From the IMG/VR virus record IMGVR_UViG_3300045988_011209: DNA of 40,769 nt; one strand, written 5' to 3'. The notes beneath the pieces are model-generated. The model had not been told where the DNA came from. It did not search any database and saw only the letters and a program-made list of their open reading frames with translations. Below are positions 15,756-24,898 of the stretch, one piece after another; position 1 is the first letter of the stretch; each line of letters begins with the position of its first letter. Source of the stretch: a virus. The position numbers and the translations under genes are program-made.

Positions 15756-18170
15756 ATGGATACTACTATCATCATAGCTACGGGCAAAAGTCGCTCCGCC
15801 CGTAGCTGGACGTCTAAGAAAATGACTTGGAGTGAATTGGTCAGTAAATTGGCCGAGCCAACTGTAACGAATGAAACGGCTGCTGAATACGCCAAGATGT
15901 CTAAGGCTGATCAAGGCCGAAAGAAAGACGTCGGCGGTTTTGTAGGTGGCTATATTCCTAATAAAGGTAGACGGATTAGAGGGGCTGTCAAAGAGCGGTA
16001 CTTGATTACTCTTGATGCGGATAACCCTGGCGAAGATTTTATCGTAGACCTAGATATGGAATTAGGCGGTATGGAGTACGTACTTTATAGTACGCACAGC
16101 CACACAGCTGACAATCCTCGCTATCGTGTCATTATCCCAGTAGATAGACCTATGACACCGGATGAGTATCAAGCAGTCTCGAGACGAATTGCAGATAACA
16201 TCGGTATTGAGTTCTTTGACCCGTCAACGCATCAGGCTGAACGTCTTATGTATTGGCCTAGCCATCCTAAAGACGTCGAATACGTGTATCAGCATAGCGA
16301 AGGTTCGCTTGTTTCAGTAGATACCTATTTGAGTACCTACAGAGACTGGCGTGATACGAGCCTTTGGCCAACATCGGAAAAGGAATCACAAATTCGCCTT
16401 GATGCGGCTAAGAAGCAAGGCAACCCGTTAGAGAAAAAAGGCCTTATCGGTGCTTTTTGCCGATGCTACAGTATCACGGAAGCTATTCAAAAGTTTCTCC
16501 CTGAAGTCTATGAGCCTACGGCCGTAGAGGACCGGTACACATACGTAGCCGGTAGCTCAGTAGGCGGGTTAGTGATTTACGATAACGATACTTTTGCTTA
16601 CTCCAACCATGCGACTGACCCTATCAGCTGTAAGCTCGTCAATGCGTTTGACCTTGTCCGGATCCACTTATTCGGAGATAAGGACCCAGCAGATGAGACC
16701 GCCGTCACCAAATTACCAAGCTACAAAGACATGATTGACTTTGTCAACGAAGACGGCGCAGCACCAATCCTGCTCGATAAAGAACGTATGGCGGATATGG
16801 AGTTTGAGGATATCACGGACGGTGACGAGGACTTCTTATCAAAGTTAAAGCGCGATAAAAACGGTACCCCTGAATCTGATGTGTACAACTGCCTCGTAGT
16901 ACTTAAACAGGACCCTGCATTAAAAGGTAAAATTCGACTCGACGAATTCGCGCACCGCTTAGTCGTGATTGACGACCTTCCGTGGCGCGATAAGGACGAA
17001 ACCCCTTACTGGACAGATACCGACGATGCGTGCTTACGTAACTACTTTGCTACGAAATACCTTATCAAGGGTAAAGGCATCATCGATGATGCGCTCCAGG
17101 AAGTAACGCAAGATAATAAATTCCATCCTGTGCGTGAGTATCTAAAGGAGCTAACTTGGGATGGTGAATGTAGACTTGATACTCTCTTCATCGATTACAT
17201 CGGTGCTGAGGATACCGAATACATTCGAGCGGTTACTCGTAAATGGATGTGTGGTGCGGTAGCCCGTGTTATGGATCCAGGCGTTAAGTTTGATACGGCG
17301 ATTGTGTTATATGGTTCTCAAGGTTTAGGTAAGTCCCTTATCTTGGAGCGGTTAGGCCGTAAATGGTTTAACAACTCACTCGTTGATATCAAAACCAAAG
17401 ATGCCCTAGAACAAATTCAAGGGTCTTGGATAGTCGAACTTGCCGAACTTGCACCGACCTACAAGAACGATAATGAAATCGTAAAAGCTTTTATCAGCCG
17501 TACCTCTGACCGGTTCCGCTCTCCTTATGGCAGACGCACCGAAGAGTATCCTCGCCAGTGTGTATTCGCAGGATCCACTAATAATCTCATGTTCCTTAAA
17601 GACCGTACCGGTAACCGCCGATTCTGGCCAATCACTGGTGATAAGGACCGTAAGACAAAGAACTCCTGGGACTTGTCAAAGGGTGAAATTGACCAATTAT
17701 GGGCAGAAGCGTTCGTGTATTGGTCTGAAGGTGAGCCATTAGTTCTCGAAGGAGCACTTGAAGAAGAAGCCCTTAGAATCCAATTATCCCATACAGAAGG
17801 TGGTGAACTCGTAGGTCTTATTGAAGAGTACCTCGACATGCTACTTCCTGAAGATTGGGAAACAATGGATATCTACGATAGACGAGATTATGTCGCTAAT
17901 TATGGCGATGACGATCATTGTGGTTCAGTGCAGCGGGAACGAGTGTGTGCCCTTGAGATATGGTGTGAAGTGCTTGGCGGGGACAGGAAGAACCTGCAGA
18001 ACGCAAAAGCAAGAGAAATCATTGACATTTTGCAGTCAACGCCAGGATGGAACCCGTACACAAAAGGAACAGGAAAGGCACGTTTTGGCAGGCTTTACGG
18101 TCCGCAAAGAGCGTTTATAAAGGAAGGTACAGACCTCCTATCAATGTATAAACGAAATCATGGTAAGTAG
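15756..18170 (+). CDS. primase-helicase (VirE/D5-N-like primase domain plus a P-loop SF3 helicase domain)
   Basis: Start chosen at the ATG at 15756 with RBS GGGAGGAG; the track ORF starts at 15714 inside the previous gene. Walker A GSQGLGKS. Overall size and layout match P4/D5-type phage primases. Confidence 0.8.
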   Translation: MDTTIIIATGKSRSARSWTSKKMTWSELVSKLAEPTVTNETAAEYAKMSKADQGRKKDVGGFVGGYIPNKGRRIRGAVKERYLITLDADNPGEDFIVDLDMELGGMEYVLYSTHSHTADNPRYRVIIPVDRPMTPDEYQAVSRRIADNIGIEFFDPSTHQAERLMYWPSHPKDVEYVYQHSEGSLVSVDTYLSTYRDWRDTSLWPTSEKESQIRLDAAKKQGNPLEKKGLIGAFCRCYSITEAIQKFLPEVYEPTAVEDRYTYVAGSSVGGLVIYDNDTFAYSNHATDPISCKLVNAFDLVRIHLFGDKDPADETAVTKLPSYKDMIDFVNEDGAAPILLDKERMADMEFEDITDGDEDFLSKLKRDKNGTPESDVYNCLVVLKQDPALKGKIRLDEFAHRLVVIDDLPWRDKDETPYWTDTDDACLRNYFATKYLIKGKGIIDDALQEVTQDNKFHPVREYLKELTWDGECRLDTLFIDYIGAEDTEYIRAVTRKWMCGAVARVMDPGVKFDTAIVLYGSQGLGKSLILERLGRKWFNNSLVDIKTKDALEQIQGSWIVELAELAPTYKNDNEIVKAFISRTSDRFRSPYGRRTEEYPRQCVFAGSTNNLMFLKDRTGNRRFWPITGDKDRKTKNSWDLSKGEIDQLWAEAFVYWSEGEPLVLEGALEEEALRIQLSHTEGGELVGLIEEYLDMLLPEDWETMDIYDRRDYVANYGDDDHCGSVQRERVCALEIWCEVLGGDRKNLQNAKAREIIDILQSTPGWNPYTKGTGKARFGRLYGPQRAFIKEGTDLLSMYKRNHGK

Positions 18171-18577
18171 GTGTGTCCAATTATTTGAGGTGTGTCCAAT
18201 TATTTAATAGGTATGAATGTTCGTAAAAATAAATATTCAAGCCTATACATCGATACATTTTGATATAGTGTAATAATTGGACACACTAAACACGCTTGGA
18301 CACACTAATCGGACACTGGTAAAAAGCAGATAACTGCTAATCTAAATAGTAAAGTGTATCTAGTGTGTCCAATTATTTATATAAAAATAAAAAAATAAAT
18401 ATATGAATAAATGGGTGTATATATATAAGCGTAAAAAACGCAAATACGCGTATATATATATATTGGAAAAAAATTGGGCACTTTGGACACACCCCCCCCC
18501 ATAAATCCAGTATTGGTGCGGGTTCATAGGCGTGTCCGAGGGTGTGTCCAATTGTTAAATGAGAACGAGGTGAGAAC
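18171..18577. repeat. iteron-rich non-coding region (candidate replication origin) with an AT-rich tract and a C9 homopolymer
   Basis: At least eight copies of GTGTCC(AATTATT) in both orientations: 18171..18189, 18189..18206, 18271..18287 (inverted), 18297..18306, 18310..18316, 18363..18378, 18484..18491 and 18541..18556. An AT-rich stretch spans 18378..18478. A C9 homopolymer spans 18492..18500. Confidence 0.6.
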
Positions 18578-18910
18578 GTGGAAAAAGACATCGAGCGATG
18601 GTTAGGAAATCAACTCAAAAAATTGGGGTGCATATATATGAAATTCGTGTCACCTGGAAATGATGGTGTACCGGATCGGATTATTGTACTTCCTGGAGGC
18701 GGTGTTATATTCGTCGAATTAAAGGGTACAAATGGTAAGCTAATGGCTAACCAACGGGTACAGATTTCACGATTACGTAAACAAGGTGCATTAGTATTCG
18801 TAGTAACCGGGATGTCTGATGCCAAGTTATTTGTTGAAGATATGGAAAGGGCGATACATGGACTTTCATCCACACGAGTATCAAAGCATTGCAATACAAC
18901 GAATCATTGA
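18578..18910 (+). CDS. VRR-NUC domain nuclease
   Basis: GTG start with RBS AGGTGAG. Motif region GVPDRIIVLPGGGVIFVELKG is of the PD-(D/E)XK / VRR-NUC type. Confidence 0.65.
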   Translation: MEKDIERWLGNQLKKLGCIYMKFVSPGNDGVPDRIIVLPGGGVIFVELKGTNGKLMANQRVQISRLRKQGALVFVVTGMSDAKLFVEDMERAIHGLSSTRVSKHCNTTNH

Positions 18911-20225
18911 CAATACCCATTACGGATTGTTACTGGATATGGGGTTAGGTAAAACCATATCTACACTGATTGCGATTGACCGGCTTATATATGATTACTT
19001 TGACATTAAAAAAGTATTACTCATCGCACCTAAGAAGGTAGCAGAATCTACATGGGCCCAAGAAACGCAAAAATGGAGTGCTACACGGCGTTTAACGGTG
19101 GCTAAGGTGTTAGGTTCCGAGAAAGAACGCATACACGCCTTAGAGAGTGAATCTGACGTTTATGTGATAAATCGTGAAAATGTGCAATGGCTATATGAAT
19201 ACTATCATAAGAAAAAATCGTTCCCTTTCGATATGTTAGTCATTGATGAGAGTTCTTCGTTTAAGAACCCACAGGCTAAACGGTTTAAGGCAATTCGTAA
19301 ACTTAGACCACTATTTAAGCGTATTGTCATTTTAACAGGTACACCGGCACCAAATACCTTACTTGATATTTGGGCGCAGATGTATCTACTAGATGGCGGT
19401 GAACGACTGGGTAAGACGATTACTGAATATCGTACCCGGTATTTTACACCGGACAAAACAAACGGGCACGTCGTGTATAGCTACCGACTACTGCCTGGAG
19501 GTGATAGAGCGATATTCAGCAAGATGCAAGATATCTGTATGAGCTTAAAAGCGAAGGACTATCTTACACTACCTGAACGTATCGAAAACGTTATCACAGT
19601 AGAGATGAACCCGAAAGAATGGGAACTCTATAAACAGATGGAGCGCGAGCACGTGCTTAGTTTGGCCGGTGATGACGACGTAAGTGCACTTAATGCAGCA
19701 GCACTCGCCGGTAAATTGTTACAACTGGCGAATGGATCCATTTATAACGATGATGGTGAAATTGTAGTCGTCCATAACGAGAAGATTGAACGGCTGAAAG
19801 AATTGGTAGAAACGAACGAAGGAAAACCGATGTTAGTGTTTTACAACTTCAAACATGACCTTCAGTCAATCAAAGAAGCGTTCCCGAAAGCTGTCGAGCT
19901 TAAAACCGATGATGATGTAGCTGAGTGGAACAAAGGCAACATTCAAATGTTACTGGCACATCCCGCATCAGCAGGGTACGGCTTAAACCTTCAAGCCGGT
20001 GGCAATATCATCGTATGGTATGGGCTAACTTGGAGCCTTGAACAGTATCAACAAGCGAACGCAAGGTTACACAGGCAAGGGCAAACACAACCCGTGATTA
20101 TCCACCATCTAGTCACTAAGGGCACGATGGACGAGCAAGTCATGAAGGCCCTAGAACGTAAAGAAGCGGGGCAAGATGCCCTCTTAGAAGCTATTAAATA
20201 TCGTAAAGAATTGTATAAGGAGTAG
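18858..20225 (+). CDS. SNF2-family (DEAD/DEAH-like) helicase
   Basis: Start chosen at the ATG at 18858 (MDFHPHEYQ); the track ORF starts at 18819. Walker A LLDMGLGKT, DExx box MLVIDESSSF, and a C-terminal helicase domain. Confidence 0.8.
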   Translation: MDFHPHEYQSIAIQRIIDNTHYGLLLDMGLGKTISTLIAIDRLIYDYFDIKKVLLIAPKKVAESTWAQETQKWSATRRLTVAKVLGSEKERIHALESESDVYVINRENVQWLYEYYHKKKSFPFDMLVIDESSSFKNPQAKRFKAIRKLRPLFKRIVILTGTPAPNTLLDIWAQMYLLDGGERLGKTITEYRTRYFTPDKTNGHVVYSYRLLPGGDRAIFSKMQDICMSLKAKDYLTLPERIENVITVEMNPKEWELYKQMEREHVLSLAGDDDVSALNAAALAGKLLQLANGSIYNDDGEIVVVHNEKIERLKELVETNEGKPMLVFYNFKHDLQSIKEAFPKAVELKTDDDVAEWNKGNIQMLLAHPASAGYGLNLQAGGNIIVWYGLTWSLEQYQQANARLHRQGQTQPVIIHHLVTKGTMDEQVMKALERKEAGQDALLEAIKYRKELYKE

Positions 20226-20229
20226 AACT

Positions 20230-20745
20230 ATGCAAAAGAAATGTAGACGATGCGGAGACACATTTACAGTAAAAACACACGAGGATTATTGCCCAGAGTG
20301 TGAAAAAGTAATGACGCCACCTGGTGCAGGCGTGAGTAAAGAGTTAACCTGTGAAGGATGTAACACAACATTCGTTCACACAAAAGAAAAAGCGCAAGGT
20401 CGTTGGCCTAAATATTGTCCGGAGTGTCTACCTAAGTATTCGAAAGTACCTAAGAAGAAAGATGTGCAGACTATCGCTGAAAAGGTAGTGCAAACTATCG
20501 AGGAGCAGGAAGTTAAGACCGTTGAATTGCCTAAGCAAGAAGATGTTATCAATCATCCTTCGCATTACACACGAGGTAAGATTGAGGTTATCGATTTTAT
20601 CGAGGATCAACAGCTTCCATATCATCTAGGTAATGTTATCAAGTACATCGCAAGAGCAGGGTATAAAGGCGATAAACTCGAAGACCTAAAAAAAGCAAGA
20701 TGGTATTTGGATAGATACATCAAAGGGGTAATGCAGCATGAGTGA
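20230..20745 (+). CDS. zinc-ribbon protein with a C-terminal domain resembling DUF3310 (phage-associated)
   Basis: Four CxxC pairs at the N-terminus. C-terminus HPSHY...IEVIDFI...LGNVIKYIARAGYKGDKLEDLKKARWYL matches what I recall of DUF3310. Confidence 0.5.
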   Translation: MQKKCRRCGDTFTVKTHEDYCPECEKVMTPPGAGVSKELTCEGCNTTFVHTKEKAQGRWPKYCPECLPKYSKVPKKKDVQTIAEKVVQTIEEQEVKTVELPKQEDVINHPSHYTRGKIEVIDFIEDQQLPYHLGNVIKYIARAGYKGDKLEDLKKARWYLDRYIKGVMQHE

Positions 20746-21166
20746 CTATAAAGAAAAGGCGACTGCGTATCTGCAAGATATTAAGTTGATAGCTATTCGT
20801 ATTCAATCGCTACGGCAGGATATTCGCAAACTGCAGTATGACATCATCACCTTATCGGCGATTGATTATTCCAAAGACCGAGTATCAGGGGGAGGTACTC
20901 CAGTAGGTCTTGAAGGTGATGTGGCTAGACTTGTTGATACAGTAGATACCAAAAAACGGGAGATAGCAAAGCTTATTGCTAAAAGGGAAGAAGCTAGGGC
21001 TTTGATTGAACAGATAGAATGTATACCAGGGCGTATCATATTATCGCAAGAATACATAAATGGGGCATTCCCTAAGAAAGTACAAGCGATGATATATTAC
21101 GAAAAAAGCAGTTACTTCAATTTAAAAAATAAAGCGTTAAACGAATTAGGGGAGCTCCTTTCATAG
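20738..21166 (+). CDS. putative late-gene transcriptional activator (ArpU/RinA/sigma-region-4-like C-terminus)
   Basis: 142 aa. C-terminal ILSQEYINGAFPKKVQAMIYYEKSSYFNLKNKALNELGEL resembles a sigma-70 region-4-type HTH. The gene lies immediately upstream of the phased repeats, a promoter and the terminase genes. Confidence 0.35.
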   Translation: MSDYKEKATAYLQDIKLIAIRIQSLRQDIRKLQYDIITLSAIDYSKDRVSGGGTPVGLEGDVARLVDTVDTKKREIAKLIAKREEARALIEQIECIPGRIILSQEYINGAFPKKVQAMIYYEKSSYFNLKNKALNELGELLS

Positions 21167-21206
21167 TGGAGTACTTTGGAGTGTTTTGGAGTATTTTGGA
21201 CTTAAA
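21167..21206 (+). repeat. four tandem 10-bp direct repeats (TGGAGTACTT, TGGAGTGTTT, TGGAGTATTT, TGGACTTAAA) just upstream of a -10 TATAAT at 21225..21230
   Basis: Read directly. The repeats are phased one helical turn apart. The downstream promoter lacks a good -35 and instead has TTGACA only 3 nt from the -10. Confidence 0.5.
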
Positions 21207-21289
21207 TGAACCGACTTGACATAGTATAATGTAGTTGTGAAAGGTGTCATTAGTCATCTAACACAAATCCTCTCTTATACACAACTCAG

Positions 21290-21325
21290 CAAAAAGCACG
21301 GTGATGACGACCGTGCTTTTTGTTG
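21290..21325 (+). terminator. rho-independent terminator
   Basis: AAAAAGCACGGT-GATGACGA-CCGTGCTTTTTGTT. Confidence 0.6.
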
Positions 21326-21604
21326 TATGTAGCATCATAAATACATGGGCCCGTATTTATGAGGCAGGCGATCGCGTAAGCTAAGGAGAGGGAATATGTA
21401 AAAATGAAATTTACCGCACAATGAAACCAGGGTGAGCCGAATATGTCCACATACATTTCAAAGCTTATATATTATGAGCTTGCCCTGTATCGTTGTACGC
21501 TGACATCTGATGACTAGAACTATGAGTCCTCCGATAACTATATAGCCTAACAACAACCAACTAGTCATCGGATTTGAGCGTACAAAGTATTAAGGTGAAA
21601 AGGT

Positions 21605-21799
21605 ATGAGCACAGAAGTCAAATGTATTAAACGTAAATGCCTGAATAACAAAAACGGCGTTTGCACAGCAAAACTAATTGAATATGACGGCCTGTGCCAA
21701 ACGTATATCACACACGACCACGCACACAAAAGTAATTGTGGATTATGCACTCGTTCGCACGGCCGATTTAAGAGAAACAGCCGTGATGTATTAAGATAG
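21605..21799 (+). CDS. small Cys/His-rich protein (64 aa), first gene of the packaging operon
   Basis: RBS AAGGTGAAAAGGT. Translation MSTEVKCIKRKCLNNKNGVCTAKLIEYDGLCQTYITHDHAHKSNCGLCTRSHGRF. Confidence 0.45.
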   Translation: MSTEVKCIKRKCLNNKNGVCTAKLIEYDGLCQTYITHDHAHKSNCGLCTRSHGRFKRNSRDVLR

Positions 21800-21814
21800 C
21801 CAGGAGGTGAGATA

Positions 21815-22258
21815 GTGGCGGCATTAGCAAATAAACGACATGAAAAATTTTGTCATGAGTACATCAAGGATATGAATGCGAAACAGGCTGCTATTCGAAC
21901 TGGTTACTCTGAGAAATCTGCTGAGTCTCAATCTTCAAGACTGTTAAGGAATGACAAGGTTAAAAAACGGGTTGCCGAGCTCCGTGACGCCTACTTCAAT
22001 GAAAACATCATGACGGCTCAGCAGGTCGAGTATGAGTTAACAAGGATTGCCCTGGGGCTCTCAAATGAAAAGCAAGTGGTTATCGAAGGTACTGGGGAAG
22101 GATGTTCCGAAGCTCGTATTATCGATAAACCGCCGGACGAGAAGTCGAGGTTAAAAGCCCTGGAGCTTATGGCTAAACGTCATAGAATACTCAGCGGTGA
22201 TACAACTATCGATATTAAGCCTGTACTCATCGTAGGTGGTGACGATATTGCAGACTAA
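21815..22258 (+). CDS. terS: terminase small subunit (Terminase_2-like)
   Basis: GTG start with RBS AGGAGGTGA. Motifs FCHEYIKDMNAKQAAIRTGYSEKSAESQSSRLLRNDKVKKRV. Confidence 0.8.
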   Translation: MAALANKRHEKFCHEYIKDMNAKQAAIRTGYSEKSAESQSSRLLRNDKVKKRVAELRDAYFNENIMTAQQVEYELTRIALGLSNEKQVVIEGTGEGCSEARIIDKPPDEKSRLKALELMAKRHRILSGDTTIDIKPVLIVGGDDIAD

Positions 22259-23486
22259 TAGAGTGTACTTGCCGGATATCGTAGGCAAGGGATACGGTGC
22301 TTTTTGGCGGTTCAAAGGCCGTTATAAAGTAGTCAAGGGCAGTCGTGCCAGTAAGAAGTCCTCTACGCAGTCTCTTAAAGTCATTATGGAGATAATGGAG
22401 AACCCGTGCATAAACTGGCTAGTCGTTCGTAAGACAGAACGGACTTTGCGTGACAGTTGTTTCGCGCAACTCAAATGGGCTATGCGCCAGTTAAAGGTGG
22501 AGCGGTATTTCAAATGTTCCGTATCTCCACTTGAGATAACGTATATCCCGACCGGACAGAAAATCTTATTTCGCGGTCTCGATGATCCTTTAAAGGTAAC
22601 GTCCATTACTGTTGAAGTTGGCGCTTTGTGTAGACTGTGGATTGAAGAAGCCTACGAGATTATGAGCGAGGACGCATTCAACAGGCTGGACGAATCTATT
22701 CGAGGCCAGTTACCCGACGGTATGTATCACCAGGTAGTGCTTACGTTTAACCCGTGGTCAGATAGGCACTGGTTAAAGAAACGCTTTTTTGACGAACCCA
22801 GTGAAAACGTATTGGCCATGACTACGAATTACCTGTGTAACGAGTTCCTGAGTGATTCTGACTTAGTACTGTTCGAGGAAATGAAGAAGAACCCTAAGCG
22901 GTATCAAGTAGCCGGCTTAGGTAACTGGGGCGTTGTTGAAGGACTGGTTTACGAAAACTGGAAAGAACAAGAATTTAGTGTTGATTATATTAGAGGTCAA
23001 ACCGGTATCAAGTCCGCGTTTGGCCTTGATTTTGGTTATACGGTAGACCCTACAGCGCTAGTGTGCATGCTAGTTGATATGGAACATAAGAAAATCTACA
23101 TATTCGATGAGCTGTACGAAACAGGACTTACGAATCAACAATTAGCGTCCCGTATCATTGATATGGGTTACGCAAAAGAGAAGATTCGAGCCGATAGTGC
23201 CGAGCCTAAATCCATTGAGGAATTGTACCAGGCAGGGCTAAAAGGTATGACCAGGGCACGCAAGGGTAAAGACAGCATATTAAATGGTATTCAGAGGATA
23301 CAAGACTACGAATTAATCGTTCATCCAAGATGCGTTAATGTGCTGCGAGAGTTATCCACGTACCAATGGGCGAAGGATCGCTTTGAGAAATACACAGGGA
23401 AACCTGAAGACGAAAATAACCATGCTATGGATGCTATGCGGTATGGTTTGGAAGATATTAATGTAGAAAGGTGGTCGTTTGATTGA
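22236..23486 (+). CDS. terL: terminase large subunit (PBSX/XtmB-like)
   Basis: Degenerate Walker A region VVKGSRASKKSS. Size (416 aa) and position follow TerS. Acidic nuclease-like C-terminal half. Confidence 0.8.
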   Translation: MVTILQTNRVYLPDIVGKGYGAFWRFKGRYKVVKGSRASKKSSTQSLKVIMEIMENPCINWLVVRKTERTLRDSCFAQLKWAMRQLKVERYFKCSVSPLEITYIPTGQKILFRGLDDPLKVTSITVEVGALCRLWIEEAYEIMSEDAFNRLDESIRGQLPDGMYHQVVLTFNPWSDRHWLKKRFFDEPSENVLAMTTNYLCNEFLSDSDLVLFEEMKKNPKRYQVAGLGNWGVVEGLVYENWKEQEFSVDYIRGQTGIKSAFGLDFGYTVDPTALVCMLVDMEHKKIYIFDELYETGLTNQQLASRIIDMGYAKEKIRADSAEPKSIEELYQAGLKGMTRARKGKDSILNGIQRIQDYELIVHPRCVNVLRELSTYQWAKDRFEKYTGKPEDENNHAMDAMRYGLEDINVERWSFD

Positions 23487-24898
23487 TATTATCTCAGCTA
23501 TGGGACCGCATCATAAAAGGTTCAGCGACTATGTCGGAACGAGAGTTCCTACAAGCACAGCTGCGTAATTTTCTAGGCAGCGAACAACGGAAAACGATGT
23601 GTACCGCTATCGATTACTATGACGGGAAACATGACATTTTAAATAAGCAACGCTACGTTATAGGCGAAGGTAATACGCGAATTGCATTACAGGGCGTTCC
23701 TAATAATCAGATTGTGGATAACCGATTTGATGACCTGGTAGACCAAAAGGTTAACTACTTATTGTCTAAGCCATTGGACATTAACACCGATGATGACGAG
23801 CTCGATAAGATGTTTGGTATTCAATTCCAACGCTTATTGAAGTCTGTAGGCAAGTTCGCAACGATGGCGGGCAAGGCGTATATACATCCTTACATTGGTA
23901 TCGATGGCACGCTAAAGTTTAAGATGATGAAACCTCATCAGGTTTTACCATTTTGGGCAGATGAGGAGCACACACAACTAGATGCGTTCTTGTACTTGTA
24001 CGATATTGAGTACTATACAGGGCTAGAAACTAAGACCATTCATAAAGTGGAATACTACACACCGAATGGAATTCAGTATTACATATGGGATACGGAACGT
24101 TTACTTCCTGACCCCGATAAAGAAAACACTGCCAATTTTGCTATCGCCGATAAGCCGTATAACTGGGAACGTATTCCTCTCATTATGTTCCGTGCGAATG
24201 AATTCGAGCAACCGCTTATTGATAAGGTTAAGTCCTTACAAGATGCACTTAACCGATTACTATCTAACTTCCAAGATAATATGGAAGAAGATATCCGCAG
24301 CACAATTTTGATACTACAGAACTATGACGGCGAAAATCTCGCTGAGTTCCGTCAAAATCTTGCATCGTACGGGGCAATCAAGGTTCGCACAGTAGATGGT
24401 GTCAACGGTGATGTGAAAGCCTTAAAAATAGAGGTGAATAGCGACAATTACCAACTACTGATTAACATTTTGCGTAAAGCTATTATAGAGAACGGCCGGG
24501 GCTTTGATGCTAAGGACGATCGGATGGCTAACAATCCTAATCAGATGAACATTATGTCCATGTACTCTGATATTGATTTAGACGCTAATGAAATGGAGCT
24601 AGAGTTTAAATCTAGCTTGCACGATTTGATGTGGTTCGTTAATACGTATCGTGGTTTAACTAATCAAGATACAGTCGAAGAAGTGGACTTCATATTTAAT
24701 CGTGACCTACCTATCAATGAAGGCGATACAATCAACAACTGTAAAAATTCCGTTGGTATTATATCCAATGAAACTATTATCGCAAATCATCCATGGACGA
24801 CTGATGCTGCGGAAGAACTTGCAAAAGTAAAAAAGGAACAGTCTGAAGTAACAGCAGATTTTGTTGTACCGAACGGCGGTGAGGCAGATGGCGAATGA
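23483..24898 (+). CDS. portal protein
   Basis: A 471-aa ORF placed between TerL and the head morphogenesis gene, which is the standard portal position and size. Confidence 0.65.
   Translation: MILSQLWDRIIKGSATMSEREFLQAQLRNFLGSEQRKTMCTAIDYYDGKHDILNKQRYVIGEGNTRIALQGVPNNQIVDNRFDDLVDQKVNYLLSKPLDINTDDDELDKMFGIQFQRLLKSVGKFATMAGKAYIHPYIGIDGTLKFKMMKPHQVLPFWADEEHTQLDAFLYLYDIEYYTGLETKTIHKVEYYTPNGIQYYIWDTERLLPDPDKENTANFAIADKPYNWERIPLIMFRANEFEQPLIDKVKSLQDALNRLLSNFQDNMEEDIRSTILILQNYDGENLAEFRQNLASYGAIKVRTVDGVNGDVKALKIEVNSDNYQLLINILRKAIIENGRGFDAKDDRMANNPNQMNIMSMYSDIDLDANEMELEFKSSLHDLMWFVNTYRGLTNQDTVEEVDFIFNRDLPINEGDTINNCKNSVGIISNETIIANHPWTTDAAEELAKVKKEQSEVTADFVVPNGGEADGE

Noticed and set aside
18171-18577. 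Repeat array considered as a CRISPR array
   Set aside because: The repeats occur in both orientations, with irregular spacing and variable sequence, and there are no uniform spacers or cas genes. The region fits origin iterons better.
18360-18591. Minus-strand ORFs 18360..18551 and 18373..18591 in the iteron region
   Set aside because: They translate the AT-rich repeat tract into low-complexity F/I/Y-rich strings and have no RBS. They are spurious.
21565-21750. Minus-strand ORF 21565..21750 opposite the small Cys-rich gene
   Set aside because: It is antisense to an ORF with a good RBS and begins inside an inverted-repeat structure. It is probably non-coding.
21605-21799. Small Cys/His-rich protein upstream of terS considered as an HNH endonuclease, which is often paired with terminases
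   Set aside because: It is only 64 aa and lacks the HH...N...H/CxxC spacing typical of HNH domains. It is kept as hypothetical.
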